This document shows positions 40,206 to 50,347 of a DNA stretch of 64,000 bases, piece by piece; position 1 is the first letter of the stretch, and every line of letters starts with the position of its first letter. This stretch comes from Candidatus Deferrimicrobiaceae bacterium (GTDB taxonomy: Bacteria; Desulfobacterota; Deferrimicrobia; Deferrimicrobiales; Deferrimicrobiaceae). Under the pieces are notes generated by a model. That model saw only the letters and a list, made by a program, of their open reading frames with translations, was not told the origin of the DNA and did not search any database. Location of the stretch: NCBI GenBank assembly GCA_963792415.1, contig CAWBVY010000007.1, positions 172,286-236,285 on the forward strand, written 5' to 3'. Made by a program: the position numbers and the translations under genes.

Positions 40206-41663
40206 TTACCCGGGGGGGATGGTCACTGTGACCACGGTCCCCACCCCAGGTGACCCTTCGATCCGGACCTCGCCCCCCAAATACCGGACACGCTCCCGGA
40301 TCCCGATGATGCCGAGGGACTTTGCACCGGAGATCTCATCCTCCGTGATCCCCTTCCCGTTGTCGCGGACTTCGAGGCTCAACGTACCGTCCCGGCGTTC
40401 CAGCGCTGCTTCCACCTTCGTTGCGCCTGCGTGGCGGGCGACATTCGTGAGCGTCTCCTGGAAGATGCGAAAGATCGCCGTGCTTCGGACGGGATCCACG
40501 GAAAGATCTTCGGGATCCACAAACACTTCGCACGGGATGCCGGTCCGTTTTCCATACTCCTTGGCATGCCATTCTATCGCGGCCGCAAGCCCCAGGTCGT
40601 CGAGAATCCCCGGTCGCAACTCCCGCGATACCCGTTTCACCGTCGTCAGGATGGAGTCGACCAGGTGGATCATCTCGCCCGCTTTTCCCGTCAGCGAGGT
40701 CTCTCCCGCAGCCCCCGGATTTTTCATGGCCTCCAGGTCGAACTTCAAGGCGGTCAGGGACTGTCCCAGTTCATCGTGAAGCTCCCGGGAGATCCGCGTC
40801 CTTTCCTCCTCCAGCGCCGACCGCAGGCTCTCCGATAGGTCGCGAAGCTGCGACCGGGAAACGGAAAGCTCCTCCGCCGTCATCCGGTAGGCTTCGACCG
40901 CCTCTCTCAATTCCCGGTTGGTCTTGTCGAGTTCCGCGGTGTGATCCTCCACGCGCCTTTGGAGTTGCCAGTTGGTCTTCCGCTGGGCATCCTCGGACAG
41001 GATCCTTCTTGTGACCTCCGCGGATGTCATGAGCACGCAACGAGCACCGGACGGCATGGTGACCGGCAGTCTCGCCGTCCGGTACCAGTGGACAACCCCT
41101 TCGCCGTCCATCATGTGCTCCAGCCCGAAGCGGGCCTCCCCGCTTTCGATCACCTCCCTGTCCGCCTCCAAGCTCCTTTGCAGGTCCGACGCATTCAGTC
41201 CGGCCGCCTTGTGCAGTTCGGCTTGCGGCCTGCCGATCATCCGTTCCGCGGAGGTCCCGTAGAAGTCCGCAAACACTTTGCTGGCCATGAAAATGACGCC
41301 GCCGGCATCCCGAACCGCCATGAAATACGGGTTGCTATCCAGGATCATGCGCAGCCGGGATTCGCTTTGGGATAAAGCGGCTTCCGTGCGCTCGCGCTCC
41401 CTTATCTGATGAAGATAGGGGCGCTTGAGGAGGAAGGCCAGGCAGGGGTAGAGAAAAAGGAGAACAAGAAGGGAATCCGCAACGATATCCAGTTCCTCGG
41501 GAATCGCCGGAATCCGATGGAGGATGGTCATGGCGACAAACGCGGCAAGAAATATCGCCAGGAAGAGGATGGACAGGGTCAGCGTTGTCGACTGCAGGAC
41601 GGTTTTGTCCCAGAAGGAGATAAAAACGGTTTTTTCCCTGACTATCGCTGGATCCGTTTCCAT
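40206..41663 (-). CDS. Membrane PAS-domain sensor histidine kinase (HisKA_3)
   Basis: Two TM helices, PAS, EERTRISRELHDELGQ, FQETLTNVARHA, DNGKG, G-box. Confidence 0.9.
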   Translation of the reverse strand: METDPAIVREKTVFISFWDKTVLQSTTLTLSILFLAIFLAAFVAMTILHRIPAIPEELDIVADSLLVLLFLYPCLAFLLKRPYLHQIRERERTEAALSQSESRLRMILDSNPYFMAVRDAGGVIFMASKVFADFYGTSAERMIGRPQAELHKAAGLNASDLQRSLEADREVIESGEARFGLEHMMDGEGVVHWYRTARLPVTMPSGARCVLMTSAEVTRRILSEDAQRKTNWQLQRRVEDHTAELDKTNRELREAVEAYRMTAEELSVSRSQLRDLSESLRSALEEERTRISRELHDELGQSLTALKFDLEAMKNPGAAGETSLTGKAGEMIHLVDSILTTVKRVSRELRPGILDDLGLAAAIEWHAKEYGKRTGIPCEVFVDPEDLSVDPVRSTAIFRIFQETLTNVARHAGATKVEAALERRDGTLSLEVRDNGKGITEDEISGAKSLGIIGIRERVRYLGGEVRIEGSPGVGTVVTVTIPPG

Positions 41664-41853
41664 CCCGAATTTTCTCCCCTGAAATCAGATATCCCGGGCA
41701 ATATCAGGAATAGATCTTCCTTTGTGCTAGAGGGTAGATTTTCGGTCCTATCCCGTCAAGTGCTTAAATTCGTGGAGCGAATCCCATCGGCTGACCGGAA
41801 GTTCTCGCGGGAATGCCGCCACAGGGTAACGCTGGGAAAGTTCAACGAAAGTC

Positions 41854-41891
41854 TGGCGCGCCGGGCACGACTCGAACGTGCGGCCAGCTGC
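41854..41891 (-). repeat. att-like duplicate of the 3' half of tRNA-Arg(TCT)
   Basis: 38 nt matching 45355-45392 with one mismatch. Confidence 0.9.
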
Positions 41892-42059
41892 GGGGAAAGT
41901 GACCTCGGCGTATTATAAATAATGAAGAGGAATCGGTCGTGATCGGGCCGATCCCCACGGCGAAGCCGAAGAAGAGGATTCGGGGAAGGTCAGGTCAAGG
42001 TTCTCACACGAAACTACGGGTGGACCGATCACGACGGGTTGGTCGTTGCGGTTCTTCCG

Positions 42060-42587
42060 TTAGATCTTCACGGAGCCGACGTAAGGAAGCGTACGTTGCT
42101 GGTTGGCGCAATCCAACCCGTACCCCACGACCCACAGGTCGGGGATGTCGAACCCCAGGTAGTCGATTTCACAATCCACCGCCAACCGTTTTCGCTTTCG
42201 CAGGAACACGCATGTTTTCAGGGACGCGGGCGCACGCGGCTTCAACGCATTGATCAGGTATTGGAGGGTGTAACCCGTGTCGACGATATCATCGACAATC
42301 AGGACGTGTTTCCCCGAGATCTCGGTCCGGAGGTCCATGATGAGGCGCACGGCGCCCGTCGACGTCGTCGTCCGGCCGTAAGAAGAGAGGGCGATGAAAT
42401 CGACGGACCGCGGAATCGTCAGAAGCCGGGAAAGGTCGGCGAGGAAAATGAAACAGCCCCGGAGGATACCGACCAGGAGCAGTTCTTCCACGTCCGCGTA
42501 GTCCGAGGAGATCCGGCGCGCCATTTCCATCACGCGCCTCCGGATTTCCTCTTCCGTGAAAAGCACGGCCGGCTTTTCCGGGTTCAT
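42060..42587 (-). CDS. hpt: Hypoxanthine phosphoribosyltransferase
   Basis: VGILRG, FIALSSYG, VLIVDDIVDTGYTL, VVGYGLD. Confidence 0.92.
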   Translation of the reverse strand: MNPEKPAVLFTEEEIRRRVMEMARRISSDYADVEELLLVGILRGCFIFLADLSRLLTIPRSVDFIALSSYGRTTTSTGAVRLIMDLRTEISGKHVLIVDDIVDTGYTLQYLINALKPRAPASLKTCVFLRKRKRLAVDCEIDYLGFDIPDLWVVGYGLDCANQQRTLPYVGSVKI

Positions 42588-42656
42588 GGGGCGCCTCTTT
42601 CGGTATATCCAGCGGTCCCGACGATGTTACGATACCATTAACGGAGTGCGCCGGAA

Positions 42657-44309
42657 ATGAGCCCGTTCATCGAAGGCAACATCGTCGATGTGATCTCCGG
42701 GGAGATTTTCCCGGGGAGGGTCATTCACCAGGATGGCGTCATCCGGGCGGTGGAACGTCTTTCCGGGACCTTCCCGGGATTTCTCCTGCCGGGCTTCATC
42801 GATGCCCACGTTCACGTGGACTCGTCTTTGCTTTGCCCTTCCCGGTTCGCCGAGGCGGCTGTCCCCCACGGGACAACCGCCGTCGTCACCGACCCGCACG
42901 AAATCGCCAACGTCCTCGGCATGCCCGGGATTTCCTACATGAGGCGGGACGCCGCGGGAGTCCCTTTGCGGTTCTATTTCACCGCTCCTTCCTGCGTCCC
43001 CTCTACCCCGTTCGAAACCGCCGGCACGTCGCTCGGGCCCGCGGAGGTCGAGACCTTGCTCCGTGAAGACGATGTCGTTGCGCTGGGGGAGGTGATGAAC
43101 TACGTCGGTGCGATCGCCCGCGACCCTGTCATCATCGCGAAGATCCAGGCGGCGCGCCGGGCCGGGAAACCGATCGACGGCCACTGTCCGCTGCTCACCG
43201 GAGAAAAGCTCAAGGAATACGCCAGTCTCGGCATCTCCACGGACCACGAGTGCACAGGAGGGGACGAGGCTCGCGAGAAGCATTCCCTGGGGATGCGCAT
43301 CCTCGTGCGCGAGGGGTCGGCAGCGAAAAACCTGCAGGCGTTGGCTCCGTTCGCGAGGGAGAACGATTTTTTCCTCGTGTCGGACGACAAGCTTGCCCCG
43401 GACCTGCTCGAAGGACATCTGGACAGGACGCTTGCCCAGGCGGTCGCATTGGGGATCGATCCCCTCCACGCCGTCCGAGCCGTCACTCTCCGCCCGGCGG
43501 ACCACTACCATCTGCCGATGGGGGCCATCGCCGCAGGCCGCGCAGCCGACATCACGAAGGTGAGGGACCTGTCCTCCTTTGCCGTCGAAGAGGTTCATAT
43601 CGGGGGAAGGCTTGCGGCGTCAGGGGGAACCCCCACATTCCGGGCAACCCCGATTGCGATGAGGGGAACGTTCCCCATCCCCCTGCGGCGAGAGCCCGAT
43701 TTCACCGTCGCGGCACCGGGCCCCACCGCCGCCGTCCGGGTAATCGCGGTGATCCGCGGGGAGATCGTAACCGGAAGTGAAACCGAAGTCATGCGAGTGG
43801 AGAAAGGCCGCGTGGTCCCGGACCCGGAGCGCGACACCCTCCTTGTCTCCGTGGTGAACCGTTACCGGGACGCGCCGGTGAGCTGCGGTTTTGTGAGGGG
43901 ATTCGGGCTGAAGGCAGGAGCAATGGCGTCGAGCGTGGCCCACGACTCCCACAACATCCTCGCTGTCGGAGCGAATCCGGAGGACATGGCCGGCGCGGTC
44001 AACACGATCATCCGGGAATCCGGGGGGTTCTGCCTCTCGGCGGGAGGAGTCTCTGTTTTTCTCCCCTTGGGGATTGCCGGGTTGATGAGCGCGGAGCCCC
44101 CCCGCGATGTGGGGAGCCGGCTCGATCTCCTCGAGCGGCGCGCCCGCGAACTGGGATGTCTTTTGGACTGGCCGTTTATGACGATGTCGTTCCTGAGCCT
44201 TCTGGTGATCCCGCGTCTGAAAATCGGCGACCGAGGGGTGTTCGACGTCGATGCCTACCGGTTCGTGGATGCGGTCCTTCCTGACCCCCGGTGCACCCCG
44301 AGGCCGTAG
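42657..44309 (+). CDS. ade: Adenine deaminase
   Basis: PGFIDAHVHVDSS, DPHEIANV, DGHCP, TDHEC, REGSAAKN, SVAHDSHN. Confidence 0.92.
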   Translation: MSPFIEGNIVDVISGEIFPGRVIHQDGVIRAVERLSGTFPGFLLPGFIDAHVHVDSSLLCPSRFAEAAVPHGTTAVVTDPHEIANVLGMPGISYMRRDAAGVPLRFYFTAPSCVPSTPFETAGTSLGPAEVETLLREDDVVALGEVMNYVGAIARDPVIIAKIQAARRAGKPIDGHCPLLTGEKLKEYASLGISTDHECTGGDEAREKHSLGMRILVREGSAAKNLQALAPFARENDFFLVSDDKLAPDLLEGHLDRTLAQAVALGIDPLHAVRAVTLRPADHYHLPMGAIAAGRAADITKVRDLSSFAVEEVHIGGRLAASGGTPTFRATPIAMRGTFPIPLRREPDFTVAAPGPTAAVRVIAVIRGEIVTGSETEVMRVEKGRVVPDPERDTLLVSVVNRYRDAPVSCGFVRGFGLKAGAMASSVAHDSHNILAVGANPEDMAGAVNTIIRESGGFCLSAGGVSVFLPLGIAGLMSAEPPRDVGSRLDLLERRARELGCLLDWPFMTMSFLSLLVIPRLKIGDRGVFDVDAYRFVDAVLPDPRCTPRP

Positions 44310-44722
44310 CCGAAGTGCCGGCAAAGGGGTCTGCGCGGGGATATGCTTGAATCACTTCGGAAATCTGGCGCGCCATACCGGACGAAACTAGGCACTGTTG
44401 GGAGGAAACGCTCCCCTTACCCTAATTCCATATCAGAATCGCATCATGGCCCCCCAAGTGTAACAATATTAGACCCCGCTCCTGATGGATCGAGCCAGAG
44501 GTCTACTTCCGGATCGTCCACGTCGCCCAGAATTGCCGCAACGGCGCCCCAATATTCAATCGCGGCCAGAGGATATCGCCTACAATACTCCCCGGGTGTA
44601 GAATATAAATGTATTCGATAACGGTTCGGCTCTCCGTAAACCCTACCTTCCAGCTCGGTAATCGTCGCGAAGCATCGGCAATCCCACCCACCCCAAGACG
44701 GCCGAGAGGAAGGAGAAAACCC

Positions 44723-45354
44723 ATGTCGCTGAGCGAGATAACGATCACCAAGGCGATCATCGAGCGGTTTTTCCGTAAATTCATCGAATGCATCGACGTC
44801 GACACGGCCATCGTGGGAGCGGGTCCCGCCGGAATGGTGGCGTCGTATTTCCTGGCCAAGGCGGGTCGCAAGGTCGCGATATTCGAGCGCAAGTTGAGCG
44901 CCGGCGGAGGCATGTGGGGCGGCGGGATGATGTTCAACGAAATCGTGGTGCAAGAAGAGGGGAAGGAAATCCTGGACCTCTTCGACATCGCGACACAAGA
45001 ATACGAGCCTGGCTACTACACGGCGGACTCGATCGAAGCAGCCTCCACGATCTGCTCCTTCGCCACGAAGGCGGGCGCCAGGATATTCAATTGCATGAGC
45101 GTCGAAGACGTCATGATCCGGGAGGGCCGGGTCATCGGCCTCGTCATTACCTGGTCACCGGTGCAGATGACGGGGCTCCATGTGGACCCTCTCACCGTCA
45201 CGGCGAAAAACATCATCGACGCTACCGGGCACGACACCGAGGTGCTTTCCGTGATCGCGCGGAAGGCGGATATAAAGTTGTACACGGAAACCGGAAAGAT
45301 CCTTGGGGAACGTTCCATGTGGGCCGACAAGGCGGAACGCCTGACCCTGGAAAA
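44723..45354 (+). pseudogene. thi4: Thi4-type thiazole synthase, 3'-truncated at the tRNA
   Basis: [32 protein letters not shown]; the expected C-terminal GM..../PRMGPIFGGM segment is absent and the frame runs into antisense tRNA. Confidence 0.85.
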
Positions 45355-45431
45355 TGGCGCGCCTGGCACGACTCGAACGTGCGGCCAGCTGCTTAGAAGG
45401 CAGCTGCTCTATCCACCTGAGCTACAGGCGC
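45355..45431 (-). tRNA. tRNA-Arg(TCT)
   Basis: GCGCCTG acceptor stem, anticodon arm GCTGC-CTTCTAA-GCAGC, TTCGAGT T-loop, encoded CCA. Confidence 0.95.
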
Positions 45432-45509
45432 GTTGGGCCAGTATAGCATCGCGCCCGGAAAATCGTATCCGCACCCACGGCGCCCCCTTTCTCATCCTAT
45501 GATCTGATC

Positions 45510-47807
45510 ATGGAAGATACCTCCCCCAGAGAAGAGGCGCGGACCGGCGAGGATCGGGTGCGGCAGACCTTACCCGTCGCGGGGATGACGTGCGCCTCCT
45601 GCGTGGGGCGGGTCGAGCGGGCGCTTCGGAAGGTCCCCGGGGTCGCGGTCGCGTCCGTCAACCTGGCGGCGCAGACGGCGAGCGTGGAGTCCCTGCCCGG
45701 GGTCGTCTCCGTGGAGGATCTGCGGACCGCCGTCGAAGGGGCGGGGTACACGGTGCCGGAGGTGTCGCCGGGGGAGGACCCGGTCGCCCGGCAGGAACGG
45801 ACGCAGCGCGAGGAGGAGCGGGCCCTCCTGACGCGGCTGCGCGTCGGCGTCGTCCTGGGCGTTCCGCTTCTCCTGCTCTCCCACTGGGAGCTTTTCGCGG
45901 GGCGCGGCGGCCTGCCGGTTTCTCCCTTCCTCCTGGCGCTCGTGCAGTTCCTCCTCGCCACGCCGATCCAGTTCTACGTCGGCGCCCGCTTCTACCGCGG
46001 CGCGTGGGTCGTCGCCCGGCACGGTTCCACCGACATGAACACCCTCGTCGCGCTGGGCACTTCGGTGGCGTACCTCTACAGCGCGATCGCCGCCTTCCTC
46101 CCTTCCCTGGTTTCCGCCGAGGGGCTCGTCGTGCACCTGTACTTCGAGACGTCCGCGGCGATCATCGTCCTCGTCCTGCTGGGCCGCTACTTCGAGTCCC
46201 GGGCGCGGGGGAAGACGTCGGACGCGGTGAAGAAGCTGATCGGCCTCGCGCCGAAGACCGCCCGGGTCGTGCGCGGCGGGGACGAGGTGGACGTCCCCCT
46301 CGAGTCGGTCGTCGTCGGGGAGCGCGTGGTGGTCCGCCCGGGGGAGAAGATCCCGGTCGACGGGACGGTCGCCGAGGGCCGGTCCGCGGTCGACGAGTCG
46401 ATGCTCACCGGGGAGCCGATCCCGGTCGAGAAGGTGCCGGGCAGCGCGGTGACCGGCGGGACGATGAGCCTCGACGGGCGGCTCCTCTTCACGGCGACGC
46501 GCGTGGGGAAGGACACCGTCCTCGCGCGCATCGTCGCGATCGTGCGGGAGGCGCAGGGGAGCAAGCCCCCGATCGGGCGGCTCGCGGACGTGATCGCGTC
46601 GTACTTCGTCCCCGCGGTGATGGCGGCGGCGCTCCTCACGTTCCTCGCGTGGTTCCTCCTCGGGCCGGAGCCGCGGTGGACGTACGCCATGGTCAGCATG
46701 ATCTCCGTCCTGATCATCGCCTGCCCGTGCGCGATGGGGCTCGCCACGCCCACGTCGATCATGGTCGCCACCGGGAGGGGGGCGGAGCTCGGGATCCTCG
46801 TGCGGGACGGCGCCGCGCTGGAGACCGCTCAGAAGGTGGACACGGTCGTCCTCGACAAGACCGGCACGGTGACGAAAGGGAGGCCGGAGCTCGGCGAGGT
46901 GCGGCTTGCCGCGGGGGGCGCGTTCCGGGGAGAGGAAGGAGAGCGGGAGCTTCTCCGCCTCGCGGCCCGCGCGGAGAGCGGCTCCGGGCACCCGCTGGCC
47001 GACGCGGTCGTGCGCGGGGCGAAGGACCGGGGGATCGACGTCGCGGCGCCGGAAACGTTCGTCTCCGTTCCGGGTCGGGGGATCCGGGCATCGGTTTCCG
47101 GACGCGCGGTCCTCGTCGGGAACCTCGCCTGGCTCGAAGGGGAGGGGATCGACCCGGCGGCGCTCGATAGCGACGTGCGGAAGATCGCCGACGTGGGCGG
47201 CATACCGATCTGCGTCGCGGTGGACGGGGTGGCGGCGGGCGTCCTCTCCGTGGCCGACGAGGTGAAGGCCGGCGCAGCGGAAGCGATCCGCCGTCTGCGC
47301 GGGATGGGATTGGACGTCGTCATGCTGACGGGGGACAACCGGCGGACCGCGGAGGCGGTCGCGGAAACGGTCGGGATCTCCCGGGTGATCGCGGAGGTTC
47401 TTCCGGACCGGAAGGCGCACGAGATCCGGGCGCTCCAGGCGGAGGGGAAGGTCGTCGCGATGGCGGGGGACGGGATCAACGACGCCCCGGCGCTCGCGCA
47501 GGCCGACGTCGGCATCGCGATGGGGACCGGCGCGGACATCGCCGTGGAGTCGGGGGACCTGGTGCTGATGGGAGGGGAGCTTCGGGGGGTGGCCGACGCC
47601 ATCTCCCTGAGCCGCGCCACCCTGCGCAACATCCGGCAGAACCTGTTCTGGGCGTTCGCCTACAATGTCGTGCTCATCCCGGTCGCCGCTGGAGTACTCT
47701 ATCCTTCGTTCCGGCTGCTGCTGAACCCGGTGTACGCCGCCGCCGCGATGGGGCTCTCCTCGGTGACGGTCGTCGCCAACGCCCTGCGCTTGCGTCGATT
47801 CCGATAG
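45510..47807 (+). CDS. copA: Copper-translocating P1B-type ATPase
   Basis: GMTCASC metal-binding domain, CPC, DKTGT, HP, GDGIND, YN and M..SS Cu(I) motifs. Confidence 0.93.
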   Translation: MEDTSPREEARTGEDRVRQTLPVAGMTCASCVGRVERALRKVPGVAVASVNLAAQTASVESLPGVVSVEDLRTAVEGAGYTVPEVSPGEDPVARQERTQREEERALLTRLRVGVVLGVPLLLLSHWELFAGRGGLPVSPFLLALVQFLLATPIQFYVGARFYRGAWVVARHGSTDMNTLVALGTSVAYLYSAIAAFLPSLVSAEGLVVHLYFETSAAIIVLVLLGRYFESRARGKTSDAVKKLIGLAPKTARVVRGGDEVDVPLESVVVGERVVVRPGEKIPVDGTVAEGRSAVDESMLTGEPIPVEKVPGSAVTGGTMSLDGRLLFTATRVGKDTVLARIVAIVREAQGSKPPIGRLADVIASYFVPAVMAAALLTFLAWFLLGPEPRWTYAMVSMISVLIIACPCAMGLATPTSIMVATGRGAELGILVRDGAALETAQKVDTVVLDKTGTVTKGRPELGEVRLAAGGAFRGEEGERELLRLAARAESGSGHPLADAVVRGAKDRGIDVAAPETFVSVPGRGIRASVSGRAVLVGNLAWLEGEGIDPAALDSDVRKIADVGGIPICVAVDGVAAGVLSVADEVKAGAAEAIRRLRGMGLDVVMLTGDNRRTAEAVAETVGISRVIAEVLPDRKAHEIRALQAEGKVVAMAGDGINDAPALAQADVGIAMGTGADIAVESGDLVLMGGELRGVADAISLSRATLRNIRQNLFWAFAYNVVLIPVAAGVLYPSFRLLLNPVYAAAAMGLSSVTVVANALRLRRFR

Positions 47808-47820
47808 GAAACGAGGGGGA

Positions 47821-48999
47821 ATGGAGAAGGAAGAGAAAGGGCGGGTCGTTACGGACCCGGCGGAGTTTCGCGACCTGGTCGCCGTGCTGCGCACATCCGG
47901 GAAGGTCGGGTTCGACACCGAGTTCGTGGGGGAGCGGACCTACTTCCCCCGTCTCTGCCTGATCCAGCTCGGCACGGAGACGATGTCCGTCGCGGTGGAC
48001 CCTCTCGCCGTCGGCGACCTGTCGCCGCTCGACGATCTGCTCTTCGACGCCTCGGTCCTCAAGCTGGTGCACGCCGGGTGGCAGGATCTGAAGATCATCC
48101 ACCAGAGGACCGGGCGGGTCCCCGCGCCGGTCTTCGACACCCAGATCGCCGCGGCCCTGCTCGGGCTTCCCGCACAGGCGGCGTACGCGTCGGTGGTCCA
48201 CGAGTTCCTGCGGGTCGAGGTGAAGAAGGGGCACTCCTACTCCGACTGGGCCGCCCGCCCCCTCTCCCCGTCGCAGCTCGCCTATGCCCTGGACGACGTC
48301 CGGTATCTCCCCGCGCTGCACGACCGGATGGTCGAACGGCTGGGGATGGAAGGGCGCCTCTCCTGGATCGAACCCGAAATCGCCGCGTTGTCCTCGCCCG
48401 CCTCCTATGAGACGGACCCTCAACTGGAGTACCGCCGCGTCAAGGGGTGGGCGGCCCTGGACCGTCGCCGCCTGGCGGTGCTCCGCGCCCTGATCGCGTG
48501 GCGGGAAGGAGAGGCGAGGCGCCGGGACGTCCCCCGCCGTCGCGTGCTGGCCGATGAGAGCGCGCTGGCGATCGCCCGCAGCAAGCCCGCCAACGAGGAG
48601 GCGCTGCGTCGCGTGCGCGGGCTGGAGTGGAAGGCCGGGGGCACGTCGTCGACGGCCGTCCTTGCGATCGTGCGGGACGCCCTCGCCTTGCCGGAGGATC
48701 AACTCCCGGAGGCCGCCCCCTCAAGGCCCCGCGGCAACGGGGACCGCGCCTCGGTCGTGGGGCTCCTGGGCGCGCTCGTCCGGTCCCGTTCGCGCGTGCA
48801 CCGGGTCGCGCCGGAGGTGCTGACGAACACGGACGAACTGGAGCGGCTGGCGGCCGGGGAGCGGGAAGGGATCGGGGTGCTGTCGGGGTGGCGGCGCGAT
48901 CTCCTGGGGAAGGAACTGCTGGCCCTGCTCGACGGGCGGCTCTCCCTCGTCATCCACCGAGGCGAAGTCGCCGTCGAGGAGAGGGACGCCGCCAAGTGA
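47821..48999 (+). CDS. rnd: Ribonuclease D
   Basis: FDTEF, LCLIQ, FDTQIAA, SDWAARPL, YALDDV, HRDC region. Confidence 0.9.
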   Translation: MEKEEKGRVVTDPAEFRDLVAVLRTSGKVGFDTEFVGERTYFPRLCLIQLGTETMSVAVDPLAVGDLSPLDDLLFDASVLKLVHAGWQDLKIIHQRTGRVPAPVFDTQIAAALLGLPAQAAYASVVHEFLRVEVKKGHSYSDWAARPLSPSQLAYALDDVRYLPALHDRMVERLGMEGRLSWIEPEIAALSSPASYETDPQLEYRRVKGWAALDRRRLAVLRALIAWREGEARRRDVPRRRVLADESALAIARSKPANEEALRRVRGLEWKAGGTSSTAVLAIVRDALALPEDQLPEAAPSRPRGNGDRASVVGLLGALVRSRSRVHRVAPEVLTNTDELERLAAGEREGIGVLSGWRRDLLGKELLALLDGRLSLVIHRGEVAVEERDAAK

Positions 49000-49607
49000 T
49001 GCGCTGTGTACTCAGGCTCCGGGCTCCCGTTCCCCGTGTTGTCGCCGCCTTGCTGATCGGCGGCCTCCTCTTCACGCAGGGAGGGTGCGCGGCGGGCGGG
49101 AGCGCGGGGAAGGGCCCCGGAGCGGTCCAGGCGATGGAAGCGCCGACTCCGTTCTCGACGATCATCGCAGGAGTCCCGTTCCTTCCGCAAGAGGACGACA
49201 CGTGCGGCCCCTCCTCCCTCGCGATGGTCCTCGGGTTCCTGGGGAACGAAGTCAGCACGCAGGAAATCGTCCGGGAGACCCGGACGGAGGGATTGAAGGG
49301 GACGCTCATCACCGACCTGGCCGGCGCCGCCCGGCGGCGGGGGTTCGCGGCGGAGGTCGCGGACCTCGACCTCCAGCGACTGCGGGAGCGGATTTCGGCA
49401 GGCGACCCCGTGATCCTGCTGGTCGACCTCGGCGTCTGGAGCTGGAGCCGTCCGCACTACCTGGTGGCGTACGGCTGGACCCCGGAAGGCGTGGTTGCGC
49501 ATTCCGGTCGCGAGCGGGGGAAGGTGATCCCGTTCGCTGCGCTGGATGCGCAGTGGGCGAAGATGGGGCGGCTGGCGATCCTCGTTGGCCGGAAAGGACC
49601 GCGTTGA
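48999..49607 (+). CDS. Peptidase C39-like lipoprotein (PA2778-like)
   Basis: Lipobox-like QGGC, VPFLPQEDDTCGPSSLAMVL (Q..C), PHY, HSG. Confidence 0.75.
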   Translation: MRCVLRLRAPVPRVVAALLIGGLLFTQGGCAAGGSAGKGPGAVQAMEAPTPFSTIIAGVPFLPQEDDTCGPSSLAMVLGFLGNEVSTQEIVRETRTEGLKGTLITDLAGAARRRGFAAEVADLDLQRLRERISAGDPVILLVDLGVWSWSRPHYLVAYGWTPEGVVAHSGRERGKVIPFAALDAQWAKMGRLAILVGRKGPR

Positions 49608-50296
49608 TGGTGGAAAAAACGCATCTTCGGTCGTGGCGGCGCGTGCTGCCGTTCCTGCTCGTCCTCCTCGTGGCCGGCGGCTGCTCCCGCGTCCCGAAGA
49701 TCATCGTCCTGGAAGACCCGCTGACCGCGGAAGAGCACGTCCAGCTCGGCGTCGCCTACGAGCGGAAGGGGGAACTCGATCTCGCGCAGAGGGAATATGA
49801 ACGGGCTCTCCGGAAGGACGGGAAACTCTTCCGTGCCCGCGTCAACCTGGGGAACGTTTTCCTGGCGAAGAAGGAGTACGGGAAAGCCCGCGAGGAGTAC
49901 CTCCAGGCGCTGGAACTGCGGCCGGGGGATGCCGAGGCGACCAACAACCTTTCCTGGGCCGCCATCGACTCCGGAGAGGGGATCGAGGAGGCGCTGGCCC
50001 GGATGGAGGCGGTGGTCTCTGCCCCCCCCGTTTCTCCTGCTGCGGGGGTACCCCAGCAGCGCGAAGCTCGTGCTGGGGCGGGCCGCAACCCGGTCTACCT
50101 GGACACGCTGGGGGTTCTCCGGATGCACGCAAACCGCCCCGGTGAGGCGGAGGAGGCCCTCGTCCTGGCCGAGTCGCTGTGCCGGAAGGCAGGCGCCGCA
50201 CCTCGGGATGGCGGTAACAACGACGCGCTGTGCCCGGAAGAGGTTCTCCGGGAGATCGGGGAGCACCGCGAGGAATTGCGGAGGCGATTCCCTTAG
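49607..50296 (+). CDS. TPR-repeat lipoprotein
   Basis: Lipobox AGGC, TPR-like LGVAYE..NLGNV..ATNNL..YLDTLG. Confidence 0.78.
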   Translation: MVEKTHLRSWRRVLPFLLVLLVAGGCSRVPKIIVLEDPLTAEEHVQLGVAYERKGELDLAQREYERALRKDGKLFRARVNLGNVFLAKKEYGKAREEYLQALELRPGDAEATNNLSWAAIDSGEGIEEALARMEAVVSAPPVSPAAGVPQQREARAGAGRNPVYLDTLGVLRMHANRPGEAEEALVLAESLCRKAGAAPRDGGNNDALCPEEVLREIGEHREELRRRFP

Positions 50297-50347
50297 AGAG
50301 GCTCCGGGGCGGAGGCAGGGACGCCACCCGCCCCGGGATTCAATCCG

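Noticed and set aside
44600-44722. TPP riboswitch upstream of thi4
   Set aside because: No recognisable CTGAGA/ACCTG core motifs
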